A stretch of 64,000 bases of DNA. Source: Octopus sinensis (lineage: Eukaryota). Below, in pieces: positions 1 to 14,948 of this stretch. Every line of letters begins with the position of its first letter. Within the stretch, counting starts at the first letter, position 1. A program made the translations under genes and the position numbers. The stretch is taken from the NCBI RefSeq assembly GCF_006345805.1, contig NC_043011.1:25060464-25124463 (forward strand), written 5' to 3'. The notes below the pieces were generated by a model. That model ran no database searches and was not told the origin of the DNA. It was given only the letters and a program-made list of their open reading frames with translations.

Positions 1-1388
1 AGTGTTTAGGTTAATTTCTTTTGAATGAAAACAAAGGCAAATTTTGCAGAGTGGGAGAGTGTATTATTAACTGAATCAACTCAAGTATATTACTAATGCT
101 TATTTTACTAGTGTTAGTAATATTATCAACTGTAAGAAGTCCCATAACATCCACAGTAACAAAATAGATACTTTGAGGTTTTTATTAGAACATATTTCTT
201 TTACTTGTTTCACTCATTGGACTCTGGCCATGCTGGGGCCGCAGTTGTAGTCAAATAGTTGACCCCAGTGTTTACTTTTTTTAAGTTGAGAACTTATTTT
301 CTCATTCTCTTTTGCCAAATCACTAAGTTACGGAGATGTAAACAAACCAACACTTGTCATCAATTGATGATGGAGAACATTCACAAACACAAAGACACAC
401 ACATTTCTACTCAGAATAAACACAATAGTATCAGCACTAAGCAGTGATGAGAAATAAATGAACTTTAGGTTTATCAAAATATGCTTGTAACATATTTTAA
501 CTTTTAAAGGTAAATTCACACGGAGAAAGCATTCTCTCTTACAGTAAAAGGTGTAAAAACATCATATCTACCCAGTGCTTTCCGCTAATGAACTCTCAGA
601 TGCATTTCTGGCTCCTTAGCCTTCCTAATAGGAGGCACTGAAGAGAGATAACCCTGGGAATATTCTAAAGCCAAAACCTTATCTTAGAATGCTCAATATA
701 TATACAACAGGTTCAAACACAGTTTCTTATTTCTTTTACTTCCCACAAGGAGCTACACACAGAGGGGACAAACAAGGACAGACAAACGGATTAAGTCGAT
801 TATATCGACCAGTGCGTAACTGGTACTTATTTAATCGACCCCCCAAAAGGATGAAAGGCAAAGTCGACCTCGGCAGAATTTGAACACAGTTCAAGCACAG
901 TTTCTGTCTACCAAATTCACACACAAGGTATTAATGAACACAGAGCAATAGTAGAAGACACTTGTCCAAGATGCTGGGCAATGGGATTGACAGTCCATTA
1001 CAGGGAAGCACTGGGTAGATATGATGTTTTTACACCTTCACAGCTTTTTGACTACACCACCATGCCTGCACCTAGCCATAGCATGTAAACATAAATGTGG
1101 AATATAAGGATCTATAATCTGAGAGAATTCAACATATTCAGTATAGTACTGTATCGTAAGTTTTCCATATGAAGTTAGTGAAGTAAATCTCTTCTTCATA
1201 AACTATATTTATTTCATCACTAACTCCACTTCCATAGTCTTAAACAGATGAAATGCCAATCTCCTACAAGATAAAACAGAAAGCTATAGCAGGTAATATA
1301 CCCATGAGACAAGGCTGTCAGATGTTTTACTTATTCAAGCCATATTGGCCTCCATATAAAATGACAATGTAATGAATGGTACACTTAC

Positions 1389-1607
1389 CTGTTATTAAAT
1401 TTTATGTACATGTATGTGAGGTTAGAGTGATTCTCCATCAAGACAAATGTGCACCAGTGTTTCAACATGTTGTTCAATGCAGTCATAGCTTTATAACAGT
1501 GTACAGACTGGAAGTAGCCGTTGGAATTTGGAGTGTGCAGGTACTTTTTCAGAGGAGTATCATGCCGCAATATGATACCGATTCGATGTGTGTGCATCCA
1601 TTTTTGC
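1389..1607 (-). CDS. SZT2: SZT2 exon 15 (QKWMHTHRIGIILRHDTPLKKYLHTPNSNG...)
   Basis: ttcaag acceptor, AG|GTAAGT donor, 219 nt. Confidence 0.93.
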
Positions 1608-2177
1608 CTTGAAAAGAAAGAGATAAAACAATAAAATAATTATTCAGACATTTATCTTTTATGTCTCTAGACTTAACTGCCTATCATCATCATCATTATC
1701 ATTTCTATATCTGCTTTTTCCATGCTGGTATGTGCTGGACAAGACTTCTCAAGATTGAATTCTATGGTTAGATGTTCTTCCAACTGACAACTCTTGCTTG
1801 TTTTCAAGTAAGGTACCTTAGTGCATTCACACATCAAACTACAGAGCAAGATGTTCTGTTTATGAGGAACTTAACCCTTTAGCATTCAGATTACTCTGTC
1901 AAATATAATGCTTTTTTATTCACTTTGTTTTGAATTAATTGTGTATTATCTTGTAGCTTTAGGATTTCAATTATGAGATTGTTTACTTTAAGAATGACAT
2001 TATAGGGTAGGTGGGAGAGGCTGAATCTGACCAGTTTAAATCTAAAACAGATAAAATATTTGGGGTGGATATGACTGGGTTGAATGACAACAGGTCACAT
2101 CATCATGATTTTAATGTCCACTCACATCAGTCAGAAAGATTTTTAAAAATCCACACTCCTATATATACATATGTATT

Positions 2178-2209
<32 letters not shown>

Positions 2210-5200
2210 CGTGCATGTGGGTGTGTGTATAGACACACACACACACACACACACACATAAATACATATATGTATGTAGATCAAAACAGTTTGATTCATTT
2301 GATCCATACATGTAACTCTCAATTAATGTGTTGAGTACCCTTCTTTTGTTTGTCCACTCACTCATATGTGTATCTTTATTTGTCCAGCGCCATCACTGCT
2401 TGACAACTGGTGCTAGTATGTTTACATCCCCATAATCTAGCAGTTCGGCAAAAGAAACTGATAGAATAAGAACCAGATTTTAAATAACAAACACTAGGGT
2501 CGATACATTCGAGTAAAAATTCTTCAAGGCGGTGCCCCAACATGGTCACAGTTTGATGATTGAAATAAGTAAAAAATGAAAAAAAGATGCAAACATTGCA
2601 AGTAAGAGGTGTAAACTGTTTTAGTTAAATGACTTCAGTTTGTAAGAAATATATCTAACTAACCATATATTGATGTCTAAGCTGGCAATTGGATTCCAGA
2701 ATTTTATCAGCTCATTTAAACTGGGATCTCTGCAAAATTAGAACAAAAAATATTAAAGATAAATCAGAGTTTAAAAATTGGAAATCTAAACGCTTAAATA
2801 ATTTTTTAAGAGTTAATATACGTTATAGCATTTTTTGAAATTTTTTCTCAATTGCTTTTTTCTTTAAAGAGTTTTCAATAGAATATTATCCAGCTATTAA
2901 TGGAAGATTGGTATGTGCCAAAAAAGAGAGAGAACTGAAAATTTAAAGGCAATAAATTCACAGAACTCATAATGTAATGTATGTAAATAAATTCAGTCTT
3001 ACAAATTAAAAAGGAAGTAAGCAATAATCAATCAGAAGATTGCAATTAAGATTTTCGTTAAAATTATTATCAGCATAGACACTCCATGAAGTATTTTGTT
3101 CATTACAGAAGTGAGATTGCTTGAATAAAGTTCTGCTTAGAAAATCTACAATTACATCCAAATTATAATACAATCAGATAGTGTGCAAAAAAATATGTGT
3201 AAAAGAAGCATTTAACAAAAGGCTGATGACCTTTAAATTAAAAGATGTAATTGAGAGTAGAACGGCTGATGGATGAGTTAAAGAGTACCATATAAGAAGC
3301 TAAAGGAGCATTTGTATCTTCTTTCGTATGTTCATGGCCAAAACACAGATCTCTCATTAAACCAGTTCACCAAGCTATATATATTACATTTTGGTGTAGT
3401 TTACACATCAATGCCGTAAAACTGATAAAAGTTTCATTGGCTTGCATTGTTTAACTTATACTATGAGTATAATCAAAACAGATGCTGGGTCCCACTGATT
3501 TGATTTACATAGGCACAGGCATGGCTGTGCAGAAAAATTTTGCTTCCCAACTACATGGTTTCCAGTTCGGCCCCACTGCATGGTACCTTAGACAAATGTC
3601 TTCTACTATAGTCTCGGGCTGATCAAAGCCTTGTGAGTGAATTTAGGAGATGGAAACTGAAAAAAGCCTGTCATACATTTATAGATATATCTATGTGTGT
3701 GTGTGTGTGTCTTTGTATTTGTGTGTCACCCACCACCACTTGACAACAGGTGTTGGTGTGATTACATCCCTGTAACACAGCAGTTGGCAAAAGAGAACCA
3801 ATACAAGTACCAGGTTTACAAAAATAAGTACTGGGACCGATTCATTCAACCAAAATTCTTCAAGGTGGTGCCCCAGCATGGCCGCAGTCTGATGACTGAA
3901 ACAAGTAAAGGATAAAAGATGCTTCCTAATAATGTTTCCAAGCTTTAGATAAAGACAGGTTTGGGGTTAATTTGTCACTAGGTACTAAAGAAAGCTAAAC
4001 TATTGTGAAGACGATGATGATAACAATATAATACTAACTGCTGTAAAGAATATTCTGCTGGTAGAAGTGGCAATCCATTCTTTAGTGTTTTTGGAACAGT
4101 GTAATTTACAGCATTGGAGGAAAAAGAATGAAGATGAACCAATAGTTGGTCTGTTTGCATCAAGCTGAAAGGAAATAAAAAACAAAGTCATTACATTAAC
4201 ACTGTCTTCAATCAAAGTTTAATTAGTGGAAACTAAGATATTTACAAATACAACCAATTCCATATTATATATATATACACACACACACACATACATATAC
4301 ACATATATATATATATATCTACACACACAAACAGGAGACCCTGGTGCAACTGAAGGAGAACACCAATAGAAAAATCAGAGAAGTGGGGTCTGAAACTCTT
4401 GAGGGTGTTATGGTACATTTATTTTCAATCACTATGACTGTTTCTACGCATGCAGGTACTTGATTATGCAACCGTTCCCCTGCATTATGAGATCTAGTTG
4501 TGTTTCCTCAGGTTATGTAAATATTGTCTCTGTAGTAGTAGCTGAGAATTTGAACTTATGGAGACAATATTTACATATTACCTGAGGAAACACTAGATCT
4601 CATAATGCAGGGAAACAGTTGCACAATCAAGCACTTTCATGCCTGGAGAACTATGTTGCATAGAAACAAACGTAGTGATTGAAAATATATGTTCGACCAT
4701 ACTCCTTCTTGTTGACTCCAATTTTTTCAATTATATATATATATATATATATATATAAAGTTTACAGAAAACAAAAGATGAAGACAGGTGAGGGAACAAG
4801 AAAGTGTATTAGTTTGATGTTTAGGAAGAATGGAAAACTCTGATGTTTCAAGCCTACACTCTTTGACAGAAAAGGATTAAAAAAAAAACATATTTGTGTG
4901 TGTGTGTGCATACCCTTGTATTGACATCACGTGATGGTTATAAACAAGCATTACTGTTATACAAGCAGTGTTGTTTGTTTCCAGTCTTCTGTGAAAAACA
5001 TGTCAGGTCACGAGGAATTATTATCTTGCACGAAAACAGGTGAAGGTTGGCAACAGGAAGGGCATCCAGTCATGGAAAATCTGTCTTCAATAAACTCTAT
5101 CCAACTCACACAAACATGACAAAGTGGACATTAAAATGATGATGAATGAAGCAGTAATGTAAAATCTCTTTCCCTAATATTAAACATTAACCAAAGTTTA

Positions 5201-8200
5201 TCAAAATCTATAAACAAAATAATTCAAAATGGAACATTTCCAACAAACTTTTGATAAATGTAAATGTAAAAAGCATAAAATAGTCTTTAAACTCACTTTT
5301 GTAAAGATTGCCAGTATTTTTTGACATGAGCAGTGCGGAATGGACTTTTGGAAGGGCGTTTGTCAGTACAAGTCATCTCATGAAGAAAATCATAGCTGCC
5401 TTCAATTATTATTTCTACACGAGTGTAACGCCTAAATTGGAAATAGAAAAAATATCATTTCCATATCAAAATACATATATAACAATACAAGTGGAAATGA
5501 TAATTCAAGTCATGAAATATTAAAAAAAAAATAGTACAATAGTTCTTGGTGAATAAAGCCTGTTATATGGTCTCCATTCCTAGTAGTTATTTCACTTCAC
5601 TGAATTTATGGTGTTAACTTTTAGCATGCTGTAGATGCATCATGTCACCATATGAGTTTTCTCCCCTCTCAATGCAACACAATGTGCCAGCTGCTACAGG
5701 GGAGAAAACTCGTACTGCATCATTATGTGCCTGAGCATGCTAAAGGTTAACAGCAAAGGCATGAATATCCAAGACTTATTTCTTCACTTCTTAGGTCAAT
5801 AACTCTAATCCTCTACAGAAATATACACATCATTTATTATACCAGTGCATGAGATAAATATTAATTTTATATCTTGAAAATAAAGATTATATTAAAGATA
5901 ATTTCTCTATTTTCAGTCCAACACACTCAGATTCAAACCATTGCTTTACTTTTCTAGTTCCATTATGAATTCTGGAATCTCTCTTCATGTATGATACTCT
6001 TTTACACTACTACACTACTTAGTAGCTGATTTATTCCAACTATCTTTCATTCTCCTCTCATATCACACACACACACACACACACACATGCTTGGCTAGGC
6101 ACAGTTGTGGCTGTTTGCTAAGAAGTTTGCTACCCAACCACATTGTACCAGGTTCAGTCACACTGCGTGGCACCTTGGACAAGTGTCTTCTACTATAGCC
6201 TCAGGCCAACCAAAGCCTTGTGAGTGAATTTGGTAGGCAGAAACTGAAAGAATCCTGGCATGTGTGTGTGTGTGTCTTTGTGTTTGTCACCCACCACTGC
6301 TTGACAACCAGTGTTGGTGTACTTAGGACCCCATAACTTAGCAGTTTGGCAAAAAAGACTGATAGAATAAGTACCAAGCTTACAAAAATAAAAAAATATA
6401 TGCATGTCATTTAGATCTCCCTTTAGTTAACCCATTCTCTCATCATGATATTTTAAATAATCATATATTCTCAACAGATTTCAAACATGTATAGTAGAAG
6501 ACACTTGCACAAGAAGCTATGCAGTGTGACTGAAAGAATCCCATTGTGTATATATATATATATATATACAAACACTTATATACCTGTGTGTATGTGTGTC
6601 TTTGTTTCAGGGTTCGATCTCCACCACTGCTTGACAACTGGTGTTGGTGCATTTATGTCCCCGTAACTTAGCAGTTTGGCAAAAAAGAGCAACAGAATAA
6701 GTATCAGGCTTAAAAATAAAAAGTACTGGGATTGCTTCATTTGACTACAAAATAAAAATTCTTCAAGGTGGTGTCCCAGCACGGCCACAGTCTAATGACT
6801 GAAACAAGTAAAAAAATAAAGACATTAGCTTACTTGTTGGGAGACAAAGGCCATGATGCTGTAGCAATGTATTCAATGCGAGCATATTCCCTCCATGGTA
6901 ACAAAAGACGAACTTCAATTTGGCTTTCACCTTAAGGAATCGGAGAACAAGAAAAATATGATATAAATAAAAATTCATAAATGAAAAATTCAAGCCATAT
7001 ATTTTTACACAAACACACACACGCATGCACAAAATAGACACTACATCTATCCATCCCTCTTCACTTACTATTCCTGGTAGAGTTGTTGGGGTAGAGTCCT
7101 TAAGCACATGGTGTTCTTTCAGAAGCAACCATCATTACAATTTCCAATTGGATTCTCAAACATGACTAAGATCATGGATATTATCCAGCCATCTCATTCT
7201 TCACCTACCCCTTGATCTCCACCAGTTGACTTGGCTTGAAGAATCAACCCATATATCATTAATGAAAGCCATATGTACATTTGTCAGTGTATATATTTAC
7301 ATGTGTTATGCAGCTCTGACAAAACCAAGATACCTGGTGCCTTGCTGTACTCACGAAGACCCATCCTCCACAGGAAGACCATATCCTTTGGTGAAGAGAA
7401 TTGGCCTGCAAGAGTTCTGTGCCAGTACCACATAAAAGAACTCATGGCAGTGCCACATTAAAAGCACCCAGCACACACTGTAAAGTGGCTGGCATTAGGA
7501 AGGGCATCCAAATATAGAAACCAAGCCAAATCAGACAGGAACCGGATGCAGCTCTCCAGCTTGCCAGCTCTGGTCAAACAGTCCAACCCATGCTGGCATG
7601 GAAAAACAGATGTTAAAGGAGGAGGAGGACAATTTTTCTAGTACTGATAGGTATTTACTTTATTAACAAAATAATGGCAAACAGGATTAATTTTTACAAA
7701 CCATTAACATAAAATAGAAAATCAGTAACCCCACATACCTTTAATTAGGTTCACCTCTTTGATTGTATAACCTTCTCGCAACCGTAATGACAGCACTCCA
7801 GATATAGTGGTTTGGAGATTGACCTCTTTGTGCTTTTTCCTTACCATTGGTGCAACATTGATTTCTTGATTCGTAACTGGATGGGTCAAAAGCCTACAAA
7901 CAAGCAAAGCAAAGAATCAGTAATGTAAAATTACAAACAGTCTGAGGGATTTGCTTATCAGCTGGTTTCTATTCTTATCAAATTCCTTATGCCATACAAG
8001 TTTCCATTAAGTGAAGAATTTGATGATATCTTTTATGATACAACATACCTAATTTAAGAATTGCATATTCCATCCATTTTTTTGTAAGAATTTCATTGAT
8101 TAACCCTTTAGCATTCAGATTACTCTGTTAAATGTAATGCTTATCTATTCACATTCTTTTGAATTAATCATGAATTATCTCATAGCTTTGAGATTTCAAT

Positions 8201-11200
8201 AATATAATTGTTTATAATTTAAATGATATTGTCGGGTAGGTGTGAGAGGCCAGATCTGTCCACTCTCTGGACGATATACACTTTACTCCATTTACAATTA
8301 CTGCTTACTGATAGATGCAAGCATGGCTTCAGGTTCAATCACACTGTGTGGCACACTGGGCTGACCAAAAAAGAAAATGCTAAATCTCCCTGTGAACTGC
8401 GTTAAGGATGCATGTGTCTGTAGACTGCTCAGTCCCTTGCATGTTCATTTCACAAGCAAGCTGTTCTGTTGATTACATCAACTGGGACACTTGTCACTGT
8501 AAACAACAGGGAGTCAGGTTGCTTTTTTCACAGCAAACATCCTGATTTGTGCTAAATACTTGCTTTTTACATGTTCAAGCTATAGTCCATCTGTCTTTAT
8601 ATTTGCTTTCCTTTGTTCTGCCTTACGAATAACCATTGTCTTTATCTCTTTACTTCTGTGCCGGTGGCACGTAAAAAGCACCAACCCATCGTGGCCACTG
8701 CCAGCCTCCCCTGGCACGTAAAAAGCACCCACTACACTCATGGAGTGGTTGGCGTCAGGAAGGGCATCCAGCTGTAGAAATGCTGCCAGATCAGACTGGG
8801 GCCTGGTGCAGCCTCCTGGCTTCCCAGACCCTGGTTGAACCGTCCAACCCATGCTAGCACGGAAAACGGACGTTAAACGATGATGATGATGATTTTCTCA
8901 TCATTGTAACTGACAGAGTGACAGTTATTCGTTCAATTATTCAAATAACTGAATCCTCATTGTCAAACGATGAAGATACACACACACACAGAGGGAGAGG
9001 GGGAGAGAGAGATTTTAAAAAGTAATGATTTGTGAAATAGTGCAAAAACTGTAAGCATATTTCGATGTTTAGTAAATCAATATGTCAGTGTGAAGAATAT
9101 GAAATATTTGTACCTGCCAACCCAAGAAGGCCGCCCTGATGTATGATCTTGTCTGCAATTCAAACCAGTATCTGGAACTTCAAATCCTGTTAAACCTTTC
9201 TGAAAGCTCCACAGGAAAAATGCTTTGTGGTAAACATTCAATTCATTTCCAGAGTTTTTCTAAAGGTAAATAAAAAAATTAATTTATATAAGAATCATTT
9301 ATGTACATCAGAAACATGTAACAACTAAATAATGAAATCTGACCAAACTCTTGAAGTCAAATCAATAACTTTTTATGCCATTAAATATGTATTTGATGGT
9401 ATATATGACACACAAACTCTTACTCCAGAAAATTGCATAAATGTAAGAATTTTCAAATCTGTCCAACCCATACCAATAGTTTGTTTGTTTTTTTGTTTTT
9501 TCTTTGAAAAAAATGGGGAAAAATAAATGAAAGGGAGTAATGAATTTTAACATTATATATTAAACTAGCAGTATCGCCCAGCGTTGCTCGAGTTTGTAAC
9601 TATATAAGCATTTTTAGAGAGTTATAGCCAAAAAATAGCAAACAAATGCATTAAAAATGGAAAAAAAATTATGGTAAATTTTTTTTTAAATCGTTGACTC
9701 ATCGTAGACATTTTTAGAGAGTTACTTCCCTTATATAATAGCGAAAAAAATGCATTAAAATGGAAAAAAATGATGGTAAATTATTTTTTAAATCTTAGAC
9801 TCATCGTAGACACGCGCTAATACCAAGAAGGGCTCGATATGAATCACGACTATAAGATACCCGGTTTTGGTTAAACTGCACCGCAAAATGTGGGAGTAGT
9901 TAGGAATCTAAATCGTAGGAGAGACACACAACCTCACTTTTATATATAAAGATATTTGACCGTGATCTAACAAACTTATGACCAAAAGAAATTCAGCTGT
10001 GACCATTACATCTTGTATTCAGACATAAATGAACCTAAAACTACATCAGACAGTAGGGTGTAATTTGAGAGAAATTTGGCTGCTATTCCTAACAGACCGA
10101 GCAACCACATCAAGATTACTTCATACTCATGAGAATTTTAGTCACTGATAAAGAAGGAAGAGGTCAAGATATTAAGATAACTTACAACACTAGGTGACAC
10201 TGCAAAATAACCTCCAAATGTGGCAGTAGCAATAAATTTCATCAGCTCTGTATGTGGAACCCGTCCAAAGGACAAGTTACTGTGGTGACTGCATCCAATG
10301 TGCAAAAATGAACATGCGATGGTACTGTTACGGAGCTGTGCAACAAGAGCTTCAAACATACTGGCATCTGGAAGGCCAACCATTCCATCAGTGACAACTG
10401 CAATACCTAAAAGAAAAAGAAAGCCATCATGGAAAATTAAATTATGAGGCTTCTTATCAACATTTAAGTACTGTTTATTTTTCTAAGCCTGGAATAAACC
10501 TAACATCAAGCTATACTTGTATATTCATTTTTGGTTAAAACAAAAATTATCTAAAAACAACAAAAATATTTAAGTAAAAGCTTAAAAATAAAACATATAA
10601 CAATAATGGTATCATCTCTGCGCGACTAACAATTTGTCATCATCATCGTCGTCATTTAACATTCACGTTCCTTGTTGGTATGGCCTGGATGGTATTACAG
10701 AATCTGACTAGCTTGAGAGCAAAGTTGGTCTCCAATGTCTGCTTTGGCATGGTTTATACAACTGGATGCCCTTCCTAACACCAACCACTTTATAGTGTGT
10801 ACTGGGTGCTTTTTTTTTTATGGCACCAGCACTAATGAGGTCCTTCACTCAGTAGGGGTACAGTAAAGAGGGAGGTGGCTTTGGTACCAGCTATTCAAGA
10901 AACTAAAGTGGGAACGAGGAGACAGAAACAGGTGTTTTGCAGTGAAGGAGATATATGAGGATGACGATGAGAAACAATAGTAGAGATGAGATGAATATAA
11001 ATAAGCTAAATTTCATATTAGCCAAATTAATTAACCTAACAATATTTAACAATATACTTTTATCTCTCACAAAAATAACATAAAATGATACATTAAATAC
11101 ATAAATATAAAATTAACTATGTGTAAAAACGTTGTTGCTAAATTCTTCAAGTCCTTTACTTGACATGAGTAATCTATAGTGTCTTTGAAGACACCATCAT

Positions 11201-14200
11201 CATTCTAACATCCGTTTTCCATGTTGATATGGGTTGACAGGATTCGACGAACTAAAGGATTGCACCAAGATCAAATGTTTGCTTTGATATGGTTTCTATA
11301 GCTGGATGCCCTTCCTAATACCAACCACTTATTTGTCTCTCTTTTTTTTTTTTTTGGCATCATGTGACTGTTGTAAACGAATGTCATTCATTTCCAATAT
11401 TTTGCGCAAACATGTTCAGCCATGGGGAATTATTACCTTGCATGCAAACAGGTGAGGGTCAGCAAAGAAAACCTATTTCTATAAACTCAGTCTGACCCAT
11501 GCAAGCATGGAAATGAGGACATTAAACAATGATGATGATGACAATAATGACAACATCAATAAAGAAGAGGAGAAGGATTTGATAGCTTCAAAATTACAAT
11601 GTATATAAGCAAAGAATGGTGATCTAGCAGTAAATTACATAATTTTGTTTTATTTCAGTTAATTCAGTTCTATAAAAACAAATGCAAATGTATAGTAAAC
11701 TCCTTCACAGTACCTGCTGATGCATTTTCTGGTAACAGCTGTAGAGCCAAAATACCAAACCTGAGAACATTAACAAAACCGTGTTCAGGTTTGGATATAA
11801 GTTCTTCAACTTTCTGCTCATCCAATTTTGATCTGCGGCTTCTTGTGTCAACAGACGGTATGTCATTCAAAGAGGCAACTTCACTAAGCTCATGCTATAC
11901 ATTAAAAGAAAAAGAAAAGTAGTCAATAATCATCATCATCATCATCGTTTAACATCTGTTTTCCATGCTGGATGGGTTGGACAGTTCGACTGGGGTCCGG
12001 GAAGCCAGGAGGCTGTGCCAGGCCCCAATCTGATCTGGCAGTATTTCTACAGCTGGATGCCCTTCCAAATAAAATAAAATAAAATAAAAACAAATAAAAA
12101 ATAAAGATGAATAAAATAAGCATCTCAAAGAACATTCTTCCATCAATTTTTGCAAATATCAAGCCCCTATATGGTCTACTGACCTACTAGAAATAGCAGT
12201 CCAATCTCCCTCAAATAAGATCCTATCATCTTTACAAATATAAAACATTGGAAATACATGTCTAGATATACTATGTCTGCAAAATAGGGGTGGGGGTCAT
12301 AATCCCAAATATCACAATCCCAAATGGCATAATCACAAATGGTGAAACTCCAGTTGTTTGATTAAGTGAATTACCAGGTTCATTGACTTAGCATGTGAGT
12401 GGCTGAGTATTCCACAGACATGTGTGCCCTTAATACAATTCTCAGATAAAATCACTATGACACTGTGTAACAAGGCTAGATTTATGAATTACAGATACAA
12501 TCCATTTGACAGGCTTCTACTTAGTGAATGTCAAACAAATTTCCTCAGAAAGTATGGGCTGATCTGAGGTTATAGAAAATAACACTTGCTCAAGATGCCA
12601 CACAGTGACATCAAACTTGGGACCTTGTGGTTATAAAATGAACTTCTTAACCATTTGGCCATACTGCACTGCAAGTTGGCAATATCATTCCTTCTGCCTT
12701 TTTGTATTCTGAGCTCAAATCCCATCAAGGTTCAAAGTGGTGAGTTGGTAGAACATTAGCATGTGGGACAAAATGCTTAGCAGCATTTCGCCTGACTTTA
12801 CATTCTGAGTTCAAATTCCACCAAAGTCGACTTTGCCTTTCATCCTTTTGGGCTCAATAAAATAAGTACCAGTCAAGTACTGTGGTCGATGTAATCAACT
12901 AGCCCCCTACCCTACAAATTCAGGGCTTAGTACCTACAGTAGAAAGGCTTATTTGCATAGGAATGAAAATGCTTAGCAGCATTTTATGTCTTTACATTCT
13001 GAGTTCAAATTCCTTGAAGGTCAACTTTGCCTTTCATCCCTTTGGAGTTGATAAAATACATAGCAATTATGTAGTGGGGTTGATGAAATCAACTAGTCCC
13101 CTTTGTGATAAATTCCAGGCCTTGTGCCTATAGTAGAAAGGATTGGATTGTTTGCAAAGGAATCAGAAATACTTGGTGGCATTTCTTCTAGCTTTATATT
13201 CTGAGTTAAAGTTCCACCTAAGTCAATTTTACTTTTCATTCTTTCAGAATCAATAAAACAAATACCAGTTGAGCAAAGGGAGTTGAAGTAATCAACTTCT
13301 ACCTCCTCTTGAAACTGCTACTATTGTGCAAAAAAAATCAGAAAGAATTAATTGCATAGAAATATGTTTCAGTCATTCAAAGGTACATTATTATATTGGT
13401 ATTTTATGTAACCAAAGTAATTCTAATAAAATGCTTCTATGTGATGTTATATCATACAATAATAGTTAAATACCTTGAACACTAAAACATGTTTATAGCC
13501 ATTTGATAAGTAACTTCTTTAAACAAATGTGAGTGAAGGCACATGTCCTAGTGGTTAGGGTGTAGCATTCACAATCTTATCATCATCATCATTGTTCGAC
13601 AGTGGTCGAGACAATGGAATTTACTATGTTACGCCAGACTTCACGGTCCATCATAGCATTACGGAGGTCCTGTTGCTGGATGCCTGTATCCCTGGAGATT
13701 ACATCAGGGTAGGAGAGTGTGCGCCCTCTGGTATTGCGAGTAGATGGCTTCCAGAGGAGAAGAGTAGAAATTACTTCTTTTTCAATCTTATGATCATGGT
13801 TTCAATTCCTGGACTAGCCAGTGTGTTGTGTTCTAAAGCAAATTACTTCCCTTCACGTTGCTCCAATCAACCCAGCTGTAGATGGTTGGAGAGTTAACCC
13901 TACAATGGATTGGCATCCCATTCAGGAGGGGTGATGTAATCTCAGTAATTTATATGCCATAGAAAATGGGTTAAACTCCAGCCTTATGAATCGTAGGGCT
14001 CATGAAAGATGGAAAACAATTTGTAAAACTTGTATAGAATTAACAATATATCTCTTCCACCCAAATAAATTCATTACATTAACCCTTTAATATTCAGATC
14101 ACTCTGTCAAATGTAATCCTTATTCATTCACACTGTTTTGAATTAATTATGCATTATCTCATACCTCCTAGATTTCAATGATGTAATTGTTTATTTTTAG

Positions 14201-14893
14201 AATGAGATTGTAGGTTAGGTGCGAGAGGCTGAATCTGGCCGCCAATTTAAACATAAAACCAGTAGAATATTTTGGTTCGAGATGGCTTGTTTAAATGTTA
14301 AAGGGTTAAGCAAAGATGAACATGAAAAAGTATTTAAAATGTTTTACACTCACAGAATTCATTTGAAGAGTTACTAATGATGCAAAATGTTTTGAAACAG
14401 CATTCTCAAACTCCTTGAGCATTCGATGTAATTCACCAAGAATGGTTTTTAAGTTTTTTCTTGTAACCAATACTCCTTGACATAAGACCTATAAATATTA
14501 CAAAAACAGCTAAAATTCAATATGAATAGTAAAACTGAGAGACACAATATTGAATTACATTAAAAAGAAATATAACATGAGAATTAACATTAATATTATG
14601 ATTGAAATAACTTAATTCATTTATGCAAATGAATTTGGTAAATTGTTATTTTCATTAAATTTCAACTTCAATCATTACCTGTAAACTTCAAAATAAATTG
14701 ATTTGTATCATTCTAAATGCGCAGGTGTGGCTGTATGGTAAGAACAATGCTTCCTAACCGCATGGTTCCAAGTTCAGTCCCACTGCATGGTACTTTGGGC
14801 AAGTGTCTTTTATTATGGCCTTGGGCAAACCAAGTGAATTTGATAGATGAAAACAGAAAGAAGCCCAGAGTGTGCATCTGTGTGTGTCTGTGT

Positions 14894-14948
<55 letters not shown>

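Noticed and set aside
541-690. Possible next SZT2 exon
   Set aside because: No frame resembling the expected downstream SZT2 sequence; exon 16 is probably outside the window.
4830-4870. Penelope-type minimal hammerhead-like motif on the minus strand (TGTCAAAGAGTGTAGGCTTGAAAC)
   Set aside because: The catalytic CUGANGA core is not intact and I cannot build the flanking helices; at most a dead relic.
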